Part shown: positions 48,764-60,532 of the stretch, piece after piece
How the letters are laid out: each line of letters starts with the position of its first letter
How positions within the stretch are numbered: the stretch's first letter is position 1
NCBI RefSeq assembly: GCF_027307225.1
Contig: NZ_DAHUXJ010000068.1
Location: 1,700-65,699 of the forward strand
Direction: 5' to 3'
Source of the DNA: Bradyrhizobium sp.
GTDB taxonomy: Bacteria; Pseudomonadota; Alphaproteobacteria; Rhizobiales; Xanthobacteraceae
DNA length: 64,000 nt
Position numbers and translations under genes: made by a program
The notes under the pieces: generated by a model
Told to the model about the DNA's origin: nothing
Database searches by the model: none
The model's input: only the letters and a program-made list of their open reading frames with translations

Positions 48764-50005
48764 CTATCGTGCCTGCTCGATCGAATGCAGCACCGCTTCG
48801 CTCGGCCAGCAATCTACTTTGAGCCCGGTCCGCTTCTGATAGGCGCCGAGCGCTGAGCGCGTCAGCATTCCGGCTTTGCCATCGATCTTGTCGGCGTAGA
48901 GACCAACGCGGGTAAGGCCGCGCTGCATGGCTTCGACATCCTGGGTGCGCAACTGCTTCGCGGCCGACCATGGTCTGGCGAACGGAAGCGGGCTCACCAT
49001 TCGATCGGCGAGGTGGCCGACGAACAGCACATAGAGATCGGAGAAATTGTACTCCTTGATCACGAAGTAGTTCTTCGTGGCAAGAAATGATGGGCCGTAA
49101 ATGCCCTCGGGCTGCAACAGCGACGCCTCTTGTGCCTGTTCGGCCGCACTCAATCGCTGCCCGCGCACCGGCACAAAGCCTTCGCGCCGCCATTCGTCAA
49201 GCGGCTTGGTCACCTCCGGCACCCCTGACGTGCAGTCGACATTCGCCGGCGGCGTGACTTCGTAGGCCCAGCGCAGGCCCTTCTGCCAACCCTTGTTGAC
49301 GAGCTGCGCCGCGGCAGACGCCAGTGCATCCGGCACCGAGTGCCAGATATCCTTGCGGCCGTCGCCATCGAAATCGACTGCGTGCTCGTAAAACTCTGAG
49401 GGGAGGAATTGCGTGAGCCCGGTCGCACCGGCCCAGGAGACGCGCAGATCCTTGCGCGTCACCTCGCCGTCATTGATCAATTTCAGCGCCAGAACGAACT
49501 CGTTGCGGTACTGATCCTTGCGCCGGCCGACATAGGCCTGCGTCGCCAGCACGCGCACGCCGTCATAGGGCAGTGTATAACGCCCGTAATCGGTCTCGCG
49601 GCCCCATATCGCGAGCACGATCGGCGCCGGCACGCCGAAGCGCTTTTCGATTGCCTCCAGCGAAGCGCGATATTTCGCCATCAGCTTTTGACCTTCGGCC
49701 GCCAGCCTCGCGATCGAGGCTTCGTTGATGTAGTCGGCCGGCACCTGCACGAACTCCGCCTGCGACGGCGCGCCGGTTGCGGGGCGTCCCGGCAGGATCA
49801 GGTCCGGCAGCTTGTAATCAGGCTCGAGGTCTGCGGTCTCGCGGTCGAAGGTCGCGCGCGAGACGCCTTGCGCCTTGGCCTCGGGCCAGAGCGAGGCGAT
49901 GAATTGCGTGAAGGCAGGGTCGGGCGCGGCGCTGGCGGGGAGAGGCAGCAGAATCAGCAGCAGGCCAAGTACGCACGCAATACGGACGAGCAACCGAATG
50001 CTCAC
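48764..50005 (-). CDS. Lytic murein transglycosylase (MltB/SltB family) with PG-binding domain
   Basis: AIWGRETDYG, SWAGATGLTQFLPS, DFDGDGRKDIW, YNFSDLY, C-terminal DGKAGMLTRSAL. Confidence 0.92.
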   Translation of the reverse strand: MSIRLLVRIACVLGLLLILLPLPASAAPDPAFTQFIASLWPEAKAQGVSRATFDRETADLEPDYKLPDLILPGRPATGAPSQAEFVQVPADYINEASIARLAAEGQKLMAKYRASLEAIEKRFGVPAPIVLAIWGRETDYGRYTLPYDGVRVLATQAYVGRRKDQYRNEFVLALKLINDGEVTRKDLRVSWAGATGLTQFLPSEFYEHAVDFDGDGRKDIWHSVPDALASAAAQLVNKGWQKGLRWAYEVTPPANVDCTSGVPEVTKPLDEWRREGFVPVRGQRLSAAEQAQEASLLQPEGIYGPSFLATKNYFVIKEYNFSDLYVLFVGHLADRMVSPLPFARPWSAAKQLRTQDVEAMQRGLTRVGLYADKIDGKAGMLTRSALGAYQKRTGLKVDCWPSEAVLHSIEQAR

Positions 50006-50202
50006 GCGTCGGTTAGGTCGAGACGGCGCTCGATGCGCTCGATACGAACATCCATCCGATCAAGGCGGTTCGACATATTGGCGTACTGGTTCTCGAGATT
50101 TCCGACGCGCTGCTTTATCTCTCGGATATCATCGCGTACATCATCGAGGGCGCCACGAATGTGGCGCAAGTGTTCAAGAACGATATTGTCTGCATCAGCC
50201 AT
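50002..50202 (-). CDS. Small coiled-coil protein
   Basis: 66 aa of heptad repeats (LRHIRGALDDVRDDIREIKQRVGNLE); stop overlaps the transglycosylase start. Confidence 0.75.
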   Translation of the reverse strand: MADADNIVLEHLRHIRGALDDVRDDIREIKQRVGNLENQYANMSNRLDRMDVRIERIERRLDLTDA

Positions 50203-50288
50203 GGTGTAAGGTTATCATAGCTCCGGATCGTTGTGAACCATAGCGGCCAGCCCGACCTGGAGATGCCTTCAAATCTGGGCCCAGCCGA

Positions 50289-50546
50289 ATGACCAAGCGA
50301 AATTTGCCTCCCAAATTCAAGACGGAAGCCGAAGAGCGGAAGTTCTGGGAGACGCATGACTCCACCGATTACGTCGACTGGAGAAAGGCGGAGCGCATAC
50401 GCTTTCCGAATCTGAAGCCTTCAACCACGGCAATTTCAATTCGCTTGCCGCTGGGCTTGCTGGAGCAAATCAAGATCGCCGCCAACAAGCGCGACGTTCC
50501 CTATCAGTCGCTGATCAAGATGTGGTTGGCGGAAAAGGTAGAATGA
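50289..50546 (+). CDS. BrnA/CopG-like RHH antitoxin with no adjacent toxin
   Basis: FKTEAEERKFWETHDSTDY...ISIRLP..LLEQIK..ANKRDVPYQSLIKMWL. Confidence 0.85.
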   Translation: MTKRNLPPKFKTEAEERKFWETHDSTDYVDWRKAERIRFPNLKPSTTAISIRLPLGLLEQIKIAANKRDVPYQSLIKMWLAEKVE

Positions 50547-50613
50547 CGGAACCGCCTGCGAAGAGGCCCTAACCTATACGCACGGCAAGTCTCACTAATC
50601 GAAGCAGTGAGAC

Positions 50614-52266
<1,653 letters not shown>

Positions 52267-52522
52267 CGAGGTTCCTGAAAATAGGGGATTTTTAAGCACG
52301 TTGAGCTTGCGGCTGATGTAGCGGCGCAGCCCCCAAAGGGCAACCTTTCCAGCGACCGCACCCGGCGTTTTCCGTCCGTTCACCACGGACGAATACGGGA
52401 TCGGTCGATCACGACAATTGAAACCTTCTTTTAATAAGTTGCGGCCGAAAATCGAACGCGACGCCGGAAAAAGGCGTCCAACGTGTCAGAAGACGCCGGA
52501 AAGAAAAAAGACAGGTTTCGTC

Positions 52523-52726
52523 ATGGCGATCATCGATTTGGCTTCCCTTTCCCCTCCGGCAGACCGCCACGACGGCCACAGCCTTGTCCTCGCCGGAATC
52601 CGTGCCTTCTTCAGCGCGTTCTTCGCCAAGGCGTTCGACCCCTACCGTCCCGAACTGCACTATATGCGCGGGCCCGGTCCGGCCTGCCGCGCCAAGCAGA
52701 CGATTAAATCTCAGCGCGCCGGCTGA
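52523..52726 (+). CDS. Small hypothetical protein
   Basis: DPYRPELHYMRGPGPAC motif in a 67-aa ORF. Confidence 0.7.
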   Translation: MAIIDLASLSPPADRHDGHSLVLAGIRAFFSAFFAKAFDPYRPELHYMRGPGPACRAKQTIKSQRAG

Positions 52727-52903
52727 CCTTGCGCTACCTAGCCGGCCATCCGAGGCCGCCGGTAACGCAGAGCGGCACCGTCTTCCCAACCACATTTTGA
52801 TAATGGCGGCGCTTGCCTGAACAAGCGCGCCGCGCGACCATGGGGTCACGTCCCGAGACGCGCGCATGATGCGCCGTCACCATCGCCATGAACGGACCTT
52901 CCC

Positions 52904-53863
52904 ATGACGCGGCTGCGCTGTGCAATTCTCGACGACTATCTCAACCTCTCGCTGGCGGTCGCAGACTGGTCCAAGGTCGAGGATCGCGTCGATGTCACCG
53001 TGTTCCGGGAGCCCTTCGCCTCACCGGAGGCCGCAGCCAGCGCGCTAGAGGATTTCGAGATCATCTGCGCCATGCGCGAACGCACGCCGTTCCCGCGCGC
53101 CATGTTCGAACGCCTGCCCAGGCTGAAGCTTTTGATCACCTCCGGCATGCGCAACAACTCGATCGACATGACGGCCGCCAAGGAGCGCGGGGTTGCCGTG
53201 TGCGGCACGCATTGGCCGCGCGATCCCACCGCGCCGCTTACCATGGGCATGATCCTGGAATTGACCCGCAATATCGGCCGCGAAAGCTCCCGCATGCACG
53301 CTGGTGAATACCTGCAAAAGCATGTCGGCATCGAGATCGAGGGCAAGACGCTTGGCGTGGTCGGCCTGGGCAAGCTCGGCGCCAAGGTTGCGGGACTGGC
53401 GAAAGCGTTCGGCATGAACGTGATCGCCTGGAGTCCGAACCTGACGGCCGAGCGCTGCAAGGAAGTCGGCGTGACCTACGCCACCAAGGAAGACCTGTTC
53501 TCGACCGCCGACATCATCACCATCCATGTGGTGCTGAGCGACCGTTCGCGGGGTCTCGTCGGCGCCGCCGATCTCGCCCGCATGAAGCCGACGAGTTTCA
53601 TCGTCAACACCGCGCGCGGACCGATCATCGACGAGACGGCGCTGTTGGAAACCTTGAAGGCGCGCAAGATTGCGGGCGCCGGCGTCGACGTGTTCTCGGT
53701 CGAGCCGTTGCCGGTCGACCATCCCTTCCGCAAGCTCGACAATCTCGTGCTGACGCCGCACCTTGGCTACGCGACGCAGGAAACCTTCATCGCCCACTAC
53801 AACCAGATGGTCGAAGGCATCGACGGCTGGTTCAAGGGCGAGCCGGTGCGGCGTCTGGCGTAA
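52904..53863 (+). CDS. D-2-hydroxyacid dehydrogenase family protein
   Basis: MRERTPF, LGVVGLGKLG, VNTARGPII, DVFSVEP, TPHLGY. Confidence 0.95.
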   Translation: MTRLRCAILDDYLNLSLAVADWSKVEDRVDVTVFREPFASPEAAASALEDFEIICAMRERTPFPRAMFERLPRLKLLITSGMRNNSIDMTAAKERGVAVCGTHWPRDPTAPLTMGMILELTRNIGRESSRMHAGEYLQKHVGIEIEGKTLGVVGLGKLGAKVAGLAKAFGMNVIAWSPNLTAERCKEVGVTYATKEDLFSTADIITIHVVLSDRSRGLVGAADLARMKPTSFIVNTARGPIIDETALLETLKARKIAGAGVDVFSVEPLPVDHPFRKLDNLVLTPHLGYATQETFIAHYNQMVEGIDGWFKGEPVRRLA

Positions 53864-54110
53864 ATCGAGGCTTCATCGGGAGCGATAGCGGCTTGTCCGT
53901 CGAGACCCGCGCAGAGGCGACGTCGCCCCTCGAAATGACGGGGATTTGGCTATCCCGTCTCTACTCGTCGAGAACCGTTGGAAACACCCGTCGCAACTCG
54001 GTACGGCCGCTGGCCGAACGATCACGCCGTTTTTGGCTACAGCGCTGTGGACGCGACGAAAAGCGCGCCGTTGGCGCGCTTTTCGTAAGTTTCTCGATCT
54101 CGGTACGGCT

Positions 54111-55313
54111 TTAGCGCACCGTCACCGCTGGCGGCAGCGGCGGCACCGCGGTCGCCGGGTTGGTGCCAGGAGCGCCCGCCGGCGGCATCGCCTGTCCCGC
54201 AGTCGATCCCGGCACAGGTGCGGCAGAAGCCGTCGTGGTGGTCGAAGCCGGCGGATTGCCCGGCCACACGACCACGCGGGTGCCGACCTTGACGCGAGCG
54301 AACAGGTCGGAGACGTCCTCGTTCAGCATGCCGATGCAGCCCGAGGAGACGAACTTGCCGATCGTCGACGGCTGGTTCGTGCCGTGGATACGATAGACGG
54401 TGCTGCCGAGATACATCGCGCGCGCGCCGAGCGGATTGCCAGGGCCGCCGGCCATAAAGCGCGGCAAATAGGGCTGGCGATCGATCATTTCCGGCGGCGG
54501 ATGCCAATCCGGCCATTCCGCCTTGCGCGTGATCTTCTGCACGCCGTTCCAGGTGAAGCCGTCGCGGCCGACGCGGACGCCGTAGCGGATCGCGCGGCCA
54601 TTGCCCAACACGTAATAGAGATAGGTGTGGGGCGTATCGACGATGATCGTCCCTGCCGGCTCCTTGGTGGCGAAGGCGACTTCCTGCCGGCGCAGATTAG
54701 GCGCCAGATTGGCCGGCCCCGATTCCGGCTGCTCCTCCGGCGGCAACAGCATGACTGTCTTGTTTTCCGGCCCTTGCGGCGCGGCGCCCTGCGGCGGCTG
54801 CACGGTGCCAGTGACGTTGGCGGATCCAATTGCGCCGGGCGGCCGACCCTGGTCATCGACGGGCGGCGAGCCATAAGGCTGCGGCGTCGCGCCAGCAGGC
54901 CGGTCGGCATAGATCACCGCGGGCGCATCGCTGCGGCCATAACGCGGATCATCCGGCGACATCACCGGGCCCGAATAACCACCAGGCGGCGGCATGGGAC
55001 GGCCATAACGTGGATCGTCAGGCGACATCACGGGGCCGCGATCGGAATAAATCGGACGGCTGGCCGGGCCAGGCGGCGGCAAGGCGGTCGAACCGGGCCC
55101 GTTTGGTCCCTCATCGTCTTCCAGCGAGTCGAAATCGGCCGGACGCTGCGACCGCGCATCACCCGGATAGGGCGGATAGGCCTGCGGAGAGGGCGAATAG
55201 ACAGCCCCCGACGGCGGATAGTTCTGCGCCGACGCAAGCGAGGTCCCCACGGTCTCCGCCGCCAAAACAGCAGAAACCGCCGCGCAAATCGTCAGAATGC
55301 GATTGGTCATCAT
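54111..55313 (-). CDS. L,D-transpeptidase (ErfK/YkuD family)
   Basis: AIRYGVRVGR, NPLGARAMYL, YRIHGT...SSGCIGM; Pro-rich N-terminus. Confidence 0.93.
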   Translation of the reverse strand: MMTNRILTICAAVSAVLAAETVGTSLASAQNYPPSGAVYSPSPQAYPPYPGDARSQRPADFDSLEDDEGPNGPGSTALPPPGPASRPIYSDRGPVMSPDDPRYGRPMPPPGGYSGPVMSPDDPRYGRSDAPAVIYADRPAGATPQPYGSPPVDDQGRPPGAIGSANVTGTVQPPQGAAPQGPENKTVMLLPPEEQPESGPANLAPNLRRQEVAFATKEPAGTIIVDTPHTYLYYVLGNGRAIRYGVRVGRDGFTWNGVQKITRKAEWPDWHPPPEMIDRQPYLPRFMAGGPGNPLGARAMYLGSTVYRIHGTNQPSTIGKFVSSGCIGMLNEDVSDLFARVKVGTRVVVWPGNPPASTTTTASAAPVPGSTAGQAMPPAGAPGTNPATAVPPLPPAVTVR

Positions 55314-55788
55314 TCCTCTTGTATAGCCCCAAGGCGACACCGGATCGTTAACGGCAGATGACCGAAGATCGCGGCGCATTCAAGACAAAATAGCTGTTCC
55401 AGCTGCATACGACCATTTTGTGATGCCGCAAAAACCCGGCTTTTCACCGGTTCCTGCCCGACTAGCGAGATTCCTGCGTGGAAAGGCGGCTTGCAGAGGG
55501 GCGACCATCATCACCTGCGGCGGCGAAGTGACAGGCGCTTTGAGATTCCAGGTCGAGAACGAGATTTAACGAGCGGCGTAAAACCGTTGCGCTATTCTTG
55601 TGTGATCGTGATTCGTCTGTGATCGTGATTTGTCGCTTCTAGCGCGCGGCAGTTCTTCTCCACCAACGGCCCTTTTTCATCGCCCGCCTCCCGCCGGGCG
55701 CTTTTGTGAATCCAAGGCCGTTGGCACGTCCGATTTCAGTGGCCACCGCGTTCCCATCCGCCCCAGTTTTGCAAGATTTACGCGCGCC

Positions 55789-56769
55789 ATGCTTCCTGGT
55801 TTTCGCTTCCTGTTCGCAGCGATCATGTTGTCGATGTCGCTCCTCATTTTCGGGCTCGGCGCGGCGGCGCTGCTGCGCGCGGCTCATGAATCGTTTGCCA
55901 GCAATTCATCCTGGCGCGGGTCGCCGGAAGTCGCCTTCGCGCAGCCGCCTGAGACGACGCTGCCCATGCTCGCGACCCTGCGCGTCGAGCCGGCGACAGA
56001 GAAGCCGGCCGCTTCCGCCCCGGCCGCGGCTATTCCCGCAGAGCTGTCGGAGCCTGCGATCGTCGCGGCTCGTCCCGAGCCGGCACCGGCGGCAACTGAG
56101 CCCGCAAAGGCCGATCAGGTCGCCGCAGCAAGGCCCGCCGACGCTCCGGTAGAGGTTACGACGCCCAATAGTGCACCGGTCGATCTGCCGGTAACGCAAA
56201 ATCCGCTGGTGTCTGAGGCCGCACCAGCCGCGCCCGTCGCCGAGCCGGCCGCCGCCGGCGAGACAAAGACGGCAGCGCTCGGGACATCCGATGCCCCATC
56301 CGGTGCGAGCGAACCGGCCGCGATCCAGCCGGAGCCAGCGCCTCCGCCACCAGCCAATCCGACGATCGTCACACCGCCGGCGCCCACGGCATCAGCGGTC
56401 GCCGCCGCGCCAGCCGAGCCGGCCGCTTCAGCCGCGCCGGCGACCCCAGCCGCTCCGGCAATGACGGCGGAGACCAGCGAGGCTGAAACGAAAATCGCGA
56501 CGCTTGGCGGACCGCCGGTTGAGGTCACCGACAACGAGTCGGTTCTCCAAACGCGGGAAGTGAAGCTCCCTCGGGCCAGACCCGATGAAAGCTTGATCAG
56601 GAAACGTCTGCAAGCGCGGCGCGCGCTACGCCGGCGCCGCCTCGCCGCACGGGCAAGGCTCCTCCTGGCGCAACAACAGTTGCAGGCCAATCCCTTCTTG
56701 CAACAGCCCCTGGCGCAGCCGCAGCAACCCTACCTGCAACCCGCCGTCACGACACGCCAGCGGCAATAG
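55789..56769 (+). CDS. Membrane-anchored Ala/Pro-rich hypothetical protein
   Basis: N-terminal TM (FRFLFAAIMLSMSLLIFGLGAAALL), AP-rich linker, basic C-terminus. Confidence 0.75.
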   Translation: MLPGFRFLFAAIMLSMSLLIFGLGAAALLRAAHESFASNSSWRGSPEVAFAQPPETTLPMLATLRVEPATEKPAASAPAAAIPAELSEPAIVAARPEPAPAATEPAKADQVAAARPADAPVEVTTPNSAPVDLPVTQNPLVSEAAPAAPVAEPAAAGETKTAALGTSDAPSGASEPAAIQPEPAPPPPANPTIVTPPAPTASAVAAAPAEPAASAAPATPAAPAMTAETSEAETKIATLGGPPVEVTDNESVLQTREVKLPRARPDESLIRKRLQARRALRRRRLAARARLLLAQQQLQANPFLQQPLAQPQQPYLQPAVTTRQRQ

Positions 56770-56770
56770 A

Positions 56771-57628
56771 TCAGGCCGGCCCGGTTGCGATCGCAGGGCC
56801 GTCGGCCTTGCCCCATTCCGACCATGAGCCGTCATAGAGGGCGGTGTTTTCGACGCCGAGCCGATAGAGCGCGAGCGTCAGCACCGCCGCCGACACCCCC
56901 GAGCCGCAACTTGTCACGATCGGCTTTGCAGTATCGACGCCGGCGCCGGTAAAGGCTTTACGCAAATCGTCGAGCGGCTTCATCGTGCCGGTCGCCGCAT
57001 CGAACAGGTTGTTGTAGGGCAGGTTGAGCGCGCCGGGAATGTGGCCCGAACGAATGCCCGCCCGCGGTTCAGCCGCACGCCCTTCGAAGCGGTCGGCCGC
57101 GCGCGCGTCGATCACCTGTTCGGTCCGGCTGGCGACATTGGCGATCATCTGTTCGATTGATCGAACGCGCTTCGCGTCATAGCTCGCTTTGAAAGCACCA
57201 GGCATGGCCTTCGCCTCGCCGCTCTCGACGGGACGCCCTTCGGCGCGCCACTTCTTCAACCCGCCATTGAGAATGCGGACGTCGCGATGACCGTAAGACA
57301 GGAACATCCACCACACCCGTGGCGCTGCGACCCAACCGCCGGAATCGTAGATCACCACCGTGTCGCCGTTCGAGATGCCGAGCCCGCCGACGTCGCGGCC
57401 GAACTGTTCGGCGCTCGGAAACATGTGCGGCAGCGGATCGGAATGATCCGACACCGCATCGACGTCGAAATAGACTGCGCCCGGAATGTGCGCGGCGAGA
57501 TAATCGTCCCTCGGCAGCGGCAGGACGCCCGGCAGCTTGAACGTCGCGTCGAGAAGTTTGACGTTCGCATCCTTTAGGTGCGCAGCCAGCCATTCGGTGG
57601 AGACAAGCGGATCGTTGTTGGTGGTCAT
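56771..57628 (-). CDS. sseA: 3-mercaptopyruvate sulfurtransferase
   Basis: LVSTEWL, HIPGA x2, RVWWMF, SCGSGVSA, LYDGSWSEW. Confidence 0.93.
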   Translation of the reverse strand: MTTNNDPLVSTEWLAAHLKDANVKLLDATFKLPGVLPLPRDDYLAAHIPGAVYFDVDAVSDHSDPLPHMFPSAEQFGRDVGGLGISNGDTVVIYDSGGWVAAPRVWWMFLSYGHRDVRILNGGLKKWRAEGRPVESGEAKAMPGAFKASYDAKRVRSIEQMIANVASRTEQVIDARAADRFEGRAAEPRAGIRSGHIPGALNLPYNNLFDAATGTMKPLDDLRKAFTGAGVDTAKPIVTSCGSGVSAAVLTLALYRLGVENTALYDGSWSEWGKADGPAIATGPA

Positions 57629-57650
57629 CGATGAATCTCTCTTGGCTCTG

Positions 57651-57748
57651 TCGTCATGGCCGGCGAAAGCGCGAAGCGCGTCTTCGCAATTCAGCCGGTC
57701 ATCCATCTCTTCGCGGGATGGACACGCGGGTCAAGCCCGCATGTGACA
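57651..57748. repeat. GTCATGGCC...GTCAAGCCCG palindromic repeat
   Basis: CGTC-type repeat between sseA and the rhodanese gene; short relative at 20835-20866. Confidence 0.7.
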
Positions 57749-57754
57749 AGCTAA

Positions 57755-58171
57755 TCACCTCTTCGGCTTCTTCGATTCCCATTTCTCGGTCGGTCCGCCG
57801 GCGTCGCGCCAGGCGGCATAACCACCGGCAATATGCGCGACCGGCTTCAGGCCCATGTCCTGCGCGGTCTTGGCCGCGAGCGCCGAGCGCAGACCGCCGG
57901 CGCAATAGAAAATGAATTTCTTGTCCTGCTGAAACACCGGTTTGGCGTAAGGACTCTCCGGATCGATCCAGAATTCCAGCATGCCGCGGGTACAGGAGAA
58001 CGAGCCGGGGACCCTGCCGTCACGCTCGAGCTCGCGCGGATCGCGGATATCGACGATCACGACGTCACCACTTTGCGCGGCCTTGATCGCGTCGGCGGCG
58101 CTCAAGGTTTCGATTGAGGCATTGGCCTCGTCAATCAGGGTCTTGATGCCGCGATGAATAGTCTGGGACAT
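57755..58171 (-). CDS. Single-domain rhodanese
   Basis: IVDIRDPRE, FYCAGGLRSAL, HIAGGYAAW. Confidence 0.92.
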   Translation of the reverse strand: MSQTIHRGIKTLIDEANASIETLSAADAIKAAQSGDVVIVDIRDPRELERDGRVPGSFSCTRGMLEFWIDPESPYAKPVFQQDKKFIFYCAGGLRSALAAKTAQDMGLKPVAHIAGGYAAWRDAGGPTEKWESKKPKR

Positions 58172-58190
58172 TGCCTGAACCTCCTTCCCG

Positions 58191-58290
58191 GTCATTCCGG
58201 GGCGATGCAAAGCATCGAGCTATGGTGCGCAATTGCGCACCTGAGAATCTCGAGTTCTCCGATGTGCAATTGCACATCGTAGTTCGCTAA
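58191..58290. repeat. Degenerate GTCATTCCGGGG palindromic repeat
   Basis: Terminus shared with 30163; internal GTGCGCAATTGCGCAC and GATGTGCAATTGCACATC palindromes. Confidence 0.7.
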
Positions 58291-58313
58291 GCGCCCCGGA
58301 ACGACGTTGTCTT

Positions 58314-59489
58314 CTACCGCACCAACTCCTTCATCGCATTTTCCAGACCCTCGATCGTGATCGGGTACATGCGCTCGGAAAAGAGACGGCGAATGATGGT
58401 GGTCGATTCCGAATAGTCCCAATGCCGCTGCGCGACCGGATTGAGCCACACCGCATGCGGGTAGGTGCGCGTGATGCGCTCGAGCCAAACCGAGCCCGCC
58501 TCCTCGTTGACGTGCTCGACCGAGCCGCCGGGCACCATGACCTCGTAGGGCGACATCGAGGCGTCGCCGACGAACACGACCTTGTAGTCGTGCGGATATT
58601 TATGCAGCACGTCCCAGGTCGGCGTGCGATCCGTGAAGCGACGGCGATTCTGCTTCCACACGCCCTCGTAGAGGCAGTTGTGGAAGTAGAAATATTCCAT
58701 GTGCTTGAATTCGCTTTTCGCCGCGGAGAACAGTTCCTCGACCTGCTCGATATGGGAATCCATCGAGCCACCGATATCGAAGAACACCAGCACCTTCACC
58801 GCATTGCGCCGCTCGGGACGCATGTGCACGTCGAGATAGCCGTGATTGGCGGTCTCCTTGATCGTGGTGTCGAGATCGAGCTCGTCCGGCGCGCCGGTAC
58901 GGGCGAACTTGCGCAGACGGCGCAGCGCGATCTTGACGTTGCGGATGCCGAGCTCGACATTGCCGTCGAGGTCTTTGAACTCGCGGCGATCCCACACCTT
59001 CACGGCGCGGAAATTGCGGTTCTTCTCCTGGCCAATGCGGATGCCTTCGGGGTTATAGCCATGTGCGCCGAACGGCGAGGTGCCAGCAGTGCCGATCCAC
59101 TTGTTGCCGCCCTGATGGCGGCCCTTCTGTTCTTCGAGACGCTTGCGCAAGGTCTCCATGAGCTTGTCCCAGCCCATGGCCTCGATCTGCTTCTTCTCTT
59201 CCTCGGTGAGGTACTTTTCGGCGAGCTTCTTCAGCCATTCCTCGGGAATATCGGCCTTCAGCATCGCGTCGAGCAGGCTTTCCAGCCCCTTGAACACCGT
59301 GCCGAATACGCGATCGAACTTGTCGAGGTTGCGCTCGTCCTTCACCAGCGCCGCACGCGACAGGTAATAGAAATTCTCCACCGACTGCTCGGCGAGGTCG
59401 GCGTCGATCGCCTCCATCAGCGTCAGGTATTCGCGCAAGGTCACCGGGACCTGGGCCTCGCGCAGCGATGTGAAGAATTGCAAAAACAT
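58314..59489 (-). CDS. VWA-domain protein (CoxE-like)
   Basis: MIDAS-like DIGGSMD, VFVGDASMSPYE, VWLNP. Confidence 0.9.
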   Translation of the reverse strand: MFLQFFTSLREAQVPVTLREYLTLMEAIDADLAEQSVENFYYLSRAALVKDERNLDKFDRVFGTVFKGLESLLDAMLKADIPEEWLKKLAEKYLTEEEKKQIEAMGWDKLMETLRKRLEEQKGRHQGGNKWIGTAGTSPFGAHGYNPEGIRIGQEKNRNFRAVKVWDRREFKDLDGNVELGIRNVKIALRRLRKFARTGAPDELDLDTTIKETANHGYLDVHMRPERRNAVKVLVFFDIGGSMDSHIEQVEELFSAAKSEFKHMEYFYFHNCLYEGVWKQNRRRFTDRTPTWDVLHKYPHDYKVVFVGDASMSPYEVMVPGGSVEHVNEEAGSVWLERITRTYPHAVWLNPVAQRHWDYSESTTIIRRLFSERMYPITIEGLENAMKELVR

Positions 59490-59678
59490 GGCCTTCAGAT
59501 TGCCCGCCCACCGGTCTTCGTCAAGGGCCGTTAGCGTAGATCAGGGCGGCGCGGCGGGCCAGGTATCGGTATGGACCTCTGAGGTTTTTCAATTACATTA
59601 CCGGCAAGCGACCGCCGTCCCGGCGGTCTTTTCCTGTCCAGAGGCGTTTCCGCGTCTCAAACCAAGGCAACGGCCTCG

Positions 59679-60521
59679 ATGAAATTTACCGGTACCAAGG
59701 ACTACGTCGCCACCGAAGACCTTAAAGTCGCGGTCAATGCCTCGATCGTGCTCGAGCGGCCGCTGTTGATCAAAGGCGAGCCCGGTACCGGCAAGACCGT
59801 GTTGGCGGAAGAAGTCGCGAAGGCGCTGAAGGCCCCGCTCCTGACCTGGCATATCAAATCCACCACCAAGGCGCAGCAGGGTCTTTACGAATATGACGCG
59901 GTGTCGCGGCTGCGCGACAGCCAACTCGGCGATGAGCGGGTGTCCGATATCAAGAACTACATCAAGCGCGGCAAGCTGTGGGATGCCTTTACGTCCGAAC
60001 AGCGGCCGGTGCTGCTGATCGACGAGATCGACAAGGCTGACATCGAATTTCCCAACGACCTCCTGCTCGAACTCGATCGCATGGAATTCTTCGTCTACGA
60101 AACCGGCGAGAACATCAAGGCCGCCAAGCGGCCGATCGTGATGATCACGTCCAACAACGAAAAGGAATTGCCGGACGCGTTCCTGCGGCGCTGCTTCTTC
60201 CACTACATCAAGTTTCCCGACGTCGACACCATGAACCGGATCGTCGACGTGCATTTCCCGGACATCAAGAGGCGGCTGGTCGAAGAAGCCTTGCGCATCT
60301 TCTTCGAGGTGCGCGAGGTCCCGGGCCTGAAGAAGAAGCCATCGACGTCGGAATTGCTCGACTGGTTGAAGCTTCTTCTGAACGAAGACATAACGCCAGA
60401 AATGCTCAGGGAGCGCGACCCGCGCAAGCTGATCCCGCCGCTGCATGGCGCGCTGCTCAAGAACGAGCAAGATGTGCATTTGTTCGAGCGGCTGGCGTTT
60501 TTGAGCCGACGCGAAGTTTAA
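59679..60521 (+). CDS. MoxR-family AAA+ ATPase
   Basis: GEPGTGKT, LLIDEIDKAD, TSNNEKELPDAFLRRC. Confidence 0.95.
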   Translation: MKFTGTKDYVATEDLKVAVNASIVLERPLLIKGEPGTGKTVLAEEVAKALKAPLLTWHIKSTTKAQQGLYEYDAVSRLRDSQLGDERVSDIKNYIKRGKLWDAFTSEQRPVLLIDEIDKADIEFPNDLLLELDRMEFFVYETGENIKAAKRPIVMITSNNEKELPDAFLRRCFFHYIKFPDVDTMNRIVDVHFPDIKRRLVEEALRIFFEVREVPGLKKKPSTSELLDWLKLLLNEDITPEMLRERDPRKLIPPLHGALLKNEQDVHLFERLAFLSRREV

Positions 60522-60532
60522 GGCGGCCGACG

